Assembly (NCBI RefSeq): GCF_964194155.1
Contig: NC_135899.1
Span: 79,918,001-79,982,000 of the forward strand
Source: Cetorhinus maximus
Lineage: Eukaryota
Length of the DNA stretch: 64,000 nucleotides
Direction: 5' to 3'
The translations under genes and the position numbers were made by a program. The notes beneath the pieces were generated by a model. It had not been told where the DNA came from. It did no database searches and was given only the letters and a program-made list of their open reading frames with translations. This document shows, piece after piece, positions 60,840 to 64,000 of the stretch; position 1 is the first letter of the stretch, and the number at the start of each line of letters is the position of its first letter.

Positions 60840-63800
60840 TAACAAGAGTGACATCACAAGACAGTGCAAGAGAGCGGCGGAGAGATCAGAATCAGTGTGA
60901 GTGCGGGGAAGTTTCAAAAAGTGACGTCAGCACAAAGGTGAGAGCTGATTGGTGAGTAGTGGGTAAGTGTTTTTCTCCAGTTATTTTCTCAAATTTAAAA
61001 TAGATTAAGCTAAGGAAAGGTAAGGGTTCTAGTTTTTATTTAAAGTACATAAATAATTTAATGTTTTTTTACTGTATTTAACTTAAAGTAAGGGTTTTTT
61101 TTCAACTAGAGACATGGCAGGGCAGCTCAGTCCCATGTTATGTACTGCCTGCAACATGTGGGAAGTCCTAGTCCTTGCACTCTGACCGACCACGTGTGCA
61201 GGAAATGCCACCAGCTGCAGCTACTTGAGCTCCGAGTTTCGGAGCTTGAGCGACAGCTGGAGGCACTGTGGTGCATCTGCGAGGCTGAGATTTTCGTGGA
61301 TAGCATGTTTTTAGACGTGGTCACCCTACAGCTTACAGAAGTGCAGACAGAGAGGGAATAGGTGACCATCAGTCAGAAGAAAGGTGTCAAGCAGGTAGTC
61401 AGGAAATCCCCAGGGTGCATCTCGCTCAAGAACCGGTTTTCTGTGTTGGAAAACGGTGAGAGTGACGGTTCCTCTGGGGAGTGCAGCCACGCTCATGGCA
61501 CTGTGAGTGGCTCAGCTGCACAGGGGGGGAGGAAAAAGAGGGTCGAGCAATAGTGGTAGGAGACTCGATAGTAAGGGGAACAGACAGACGTTTCTGCGGC
61601 CATAGATGTGACTCCAGGATGGTGTGTTGCCTCCCTGGTGCCAGGGCCAAGGATGTCACTGAACGGCTGCAGGGCATTCTAAAAGGGGAGGGCAAACAGA
61701 CAGAGATCATGGCACATATTGGTATCAACGACATAGGTAGAAAGAGGGATGAGGTCCTGCAAGCACAATTTAGGGAGCTAGGAAACAGATTAAAAAACAG
61801 GACCTCAAAAGTAGTAATCTCTGGATTACTTCCACGCGCTAGTGAGTATGGAAATAGGAGGTTAGTCCAGGTGAATGTCTGGCTGGAGAGATGGCGCAGG
61901 AGGGAGGGGTTTAGATTTCTGGGACATTGGGACTGTTTCTGGGGGTGGTGGGACATGTACAAGGCAGATGGGTTGCACCTGAATCGTAATGGGACCAACA
62001 TCCTTGTGAGAAGGTTTGCTAGTGCTGTTGGGAAGGGTTTAAACTAACTTGGCAGGGGGAATGGGATCCTGAGAGGAAGTTCAGCAGGGGGAGATGCACA
62101 GCCAAAATTAGAAAAGAGAGCAAATGAGTCTGGAAGGCATAGAAATTATAGGCCAGTTAAGGCACAAGGGAGTTTGGCAAGGTTGGATGGTATTTATTTT
62201 AATGCAATTTATTTAATGACGAATAAGGCAGATGAGTTGAGGGCACAAATTAACACATGGAAGTATGATGTCATTGCCGTCACAGAGACATGGTTGAGAG
62301 GAGGGCAGGATTGGCAGCTCAATATGCCAGGATATAGGGTCTTCAGGCGAGACAGGGAAGGAGGTAAAAGAGGAGGGGGTATCGCAATATTGATCAAGGA
62401 ATCAAATACAGCAGTAAGGAAGGATGACATGTTAGAAGGCTCTTCAAATGAAGCCATATGGGTAGAACTTAAAAACAAAAAAGGAGCAATCACATTTCTG
62501 GGAGTGTACTGTAGGCCCCCAAACAGTCAGAGAGAAATAGAAGAGCATATATGTCGGCAAATTTCAGAGAAGTGTAAAAATAATAGTGGGGGATTTCAAC
62601 TTCCCCAACATTAACTGGGTTAGTCATAGTGTGATAGGTTTAGAGGGAGCAGAATTCTTAAAATGCATCCAGGAGAGCTTTTTAAGCCAGTACATAGAAG
62701 GTCCTGCAAGGTTCTGGACTTAATTTTAGGGAATGAAGCCGGGGAAGTGGTAGAGGTATCAGTGGGGGAGCATTTTGCAGGTAGCGATCATAACTCCGTG
62801 AGATTCAAGGTTGTTATAGAAAATGACAAGGCTGGGCCAGAAATCAGAGTTCTAAATTGGGGGAAGGCCAATTTTAATAAAATCAGATAAGATTTGGCCA
62901 GAGTGGACTAGGAGCAGCTACTTTTAGGTAAATCTGCATCAGAGCAGTGGAACTCATTCAAGAAGGAAATAGGGAGTGTACAGGACCAACATATTCCAGT
63001 AAAGATAAAGGGTGGGGCCAACAAATCCAGGGAATCCTGGATGTTGAGGGATATACAGGATTTGATAAAGAGAAAAAGGGAGGCTTATGGCAGATACTGA
63101 GGGCTCAAAACAGCGGAAGCCCTAGAGGAGTATAGAATGTGTAGGGGGGAACTTAAAAAGGAAATTAGGAGAGCAAAAAGGGGGCATGAAAAAACATTGG
63201 CAGGTAAAATAAAGGAAAATCCAAAGTTATTGTACAAGTACATTGAGACCAAGGGGATAACTAGGGAAAGAATAGGGCCCATTAAGGACCATAGTGGTAA
63301 TTTGTGTGTGGAACCGGAAGACGTAAGTAGGGTTTTAAATGAATACTTTGTGTCGGTGTTCACTAGTGAGAGGGACGACGTGGGTAAGGAAATCAGGCAG
63401 AAGGACTGTGATATAATTAAAGAAATTAGCTTAGAAAGGAAGGAGGTTCTAAGTGGTCTGGCAGGCTTAACAGTAGATAAATCTCCAGGCTGGGATGAAC
63501 TGTATCCCAGGCTGTTGAGTGAGGCAAGGGAGGAGATAGCAGAGGTGCTGGTAATAATTTTCAATACCTCTCTGGCCACAGGAGAGGTGCCAGAGGACTG
63601 GAGGACAGCCAATGTGGTACCGTTATTCAAGAAGGAAGGAAGTGATAAACCAGGGAACTACATACCAGTTAGTCTAACCTCAGTGGTGGGGAAACTATTG
63701 GAAGCAATTCTGAGTTAATCAGAATTAATCTACACTTGGAGAGGCAGGTTAATCAAGGACAGTCAGCATGGTTTTGTTAAGGGGAGGTCATGTCTGACTA

Positions 63801-64000
63801 ATTTGATTGAATTTTTCGAAGAGGTGACCTGGTGTGTAGATAAGGGCAGTGCATTTGATGTAGTCTACTCGGACTTCAGCAAGGCTTTTGATAAGGTCCC
63901 GCATGGGAGACTGATAATGAAGGTAAGAGCCCATGGGATCCAAGGCAATTTGGCAAATTGGATCCAGATTTGTCTGAGTGGCAGGAAGCAGAGGGTGATT
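60840..64000 (+). mobile_element. 5'-complete CR1 LINE running off the window; ORF1 and ORF2 disrupted
   Basis: 5' UTR with gtgacgtca (60921). ORF1 from ATG 61114: MAGQLSPMLCTACNMWE, CRKC.QLQLLELRVSELERQLEAL (zinc finger/leucine zipper), VVGDSIVRG...HIGIND...DGLHLN (SGNH esterase), stop at 62047. ORF2: YFNA, DVIAVTETW, GDFN, SDH (APE); KSPGWDELYPRLL, VPEDWRTANVVPLFKK, DFSKAFDKVPH (RT). Multiple stops and frameshifts. Confidence 0.95.

Overview
Vertebrate, most likely cartilaginous-fish (shark-like), genomic DNA, judged from the repeat complement: CR1 LINEs, Deu-domain SINEs, Penelope-like termini and L2. The only host gene seen is the GC-rich first coding exon of an ARID1-family SWI/SNF subunit (best guess ARID1A) on the minus strand at 38034-39027, with its CpG-island promoter. 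Everything to the left (1-38033) appears to be intron 1; I did not recognise exon 2. As assembled, the exon ends in phase 1, and removing one base of a GGG run would restore a phase-0 '...SARTQ|GT' end. The intron starts with a ~6 kb G-rich composite minisatellite. The rest is a transposon landscape: many CR1 and L2 fragments, a near-complete 5' CR1 at the right end, a pogo/POGK-like DNA transposon fossil with both TIRs, a 1.3 kb solo LTR with a 4-bp TSD, Penelope-like termini with minimal hammerhead-ribozyme cores, and a 36/46-bp satellite. The most unusual item is a CR1-group LINE whose endonuclease ORF is preceded directly by a tRNA-derived SINE head and core, so the local SINE looks like an internally deleted copy of it. 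All family assignments are from motif recognition by eye; repeat boundaries are approximate unless a TSD or TIR is quoted.
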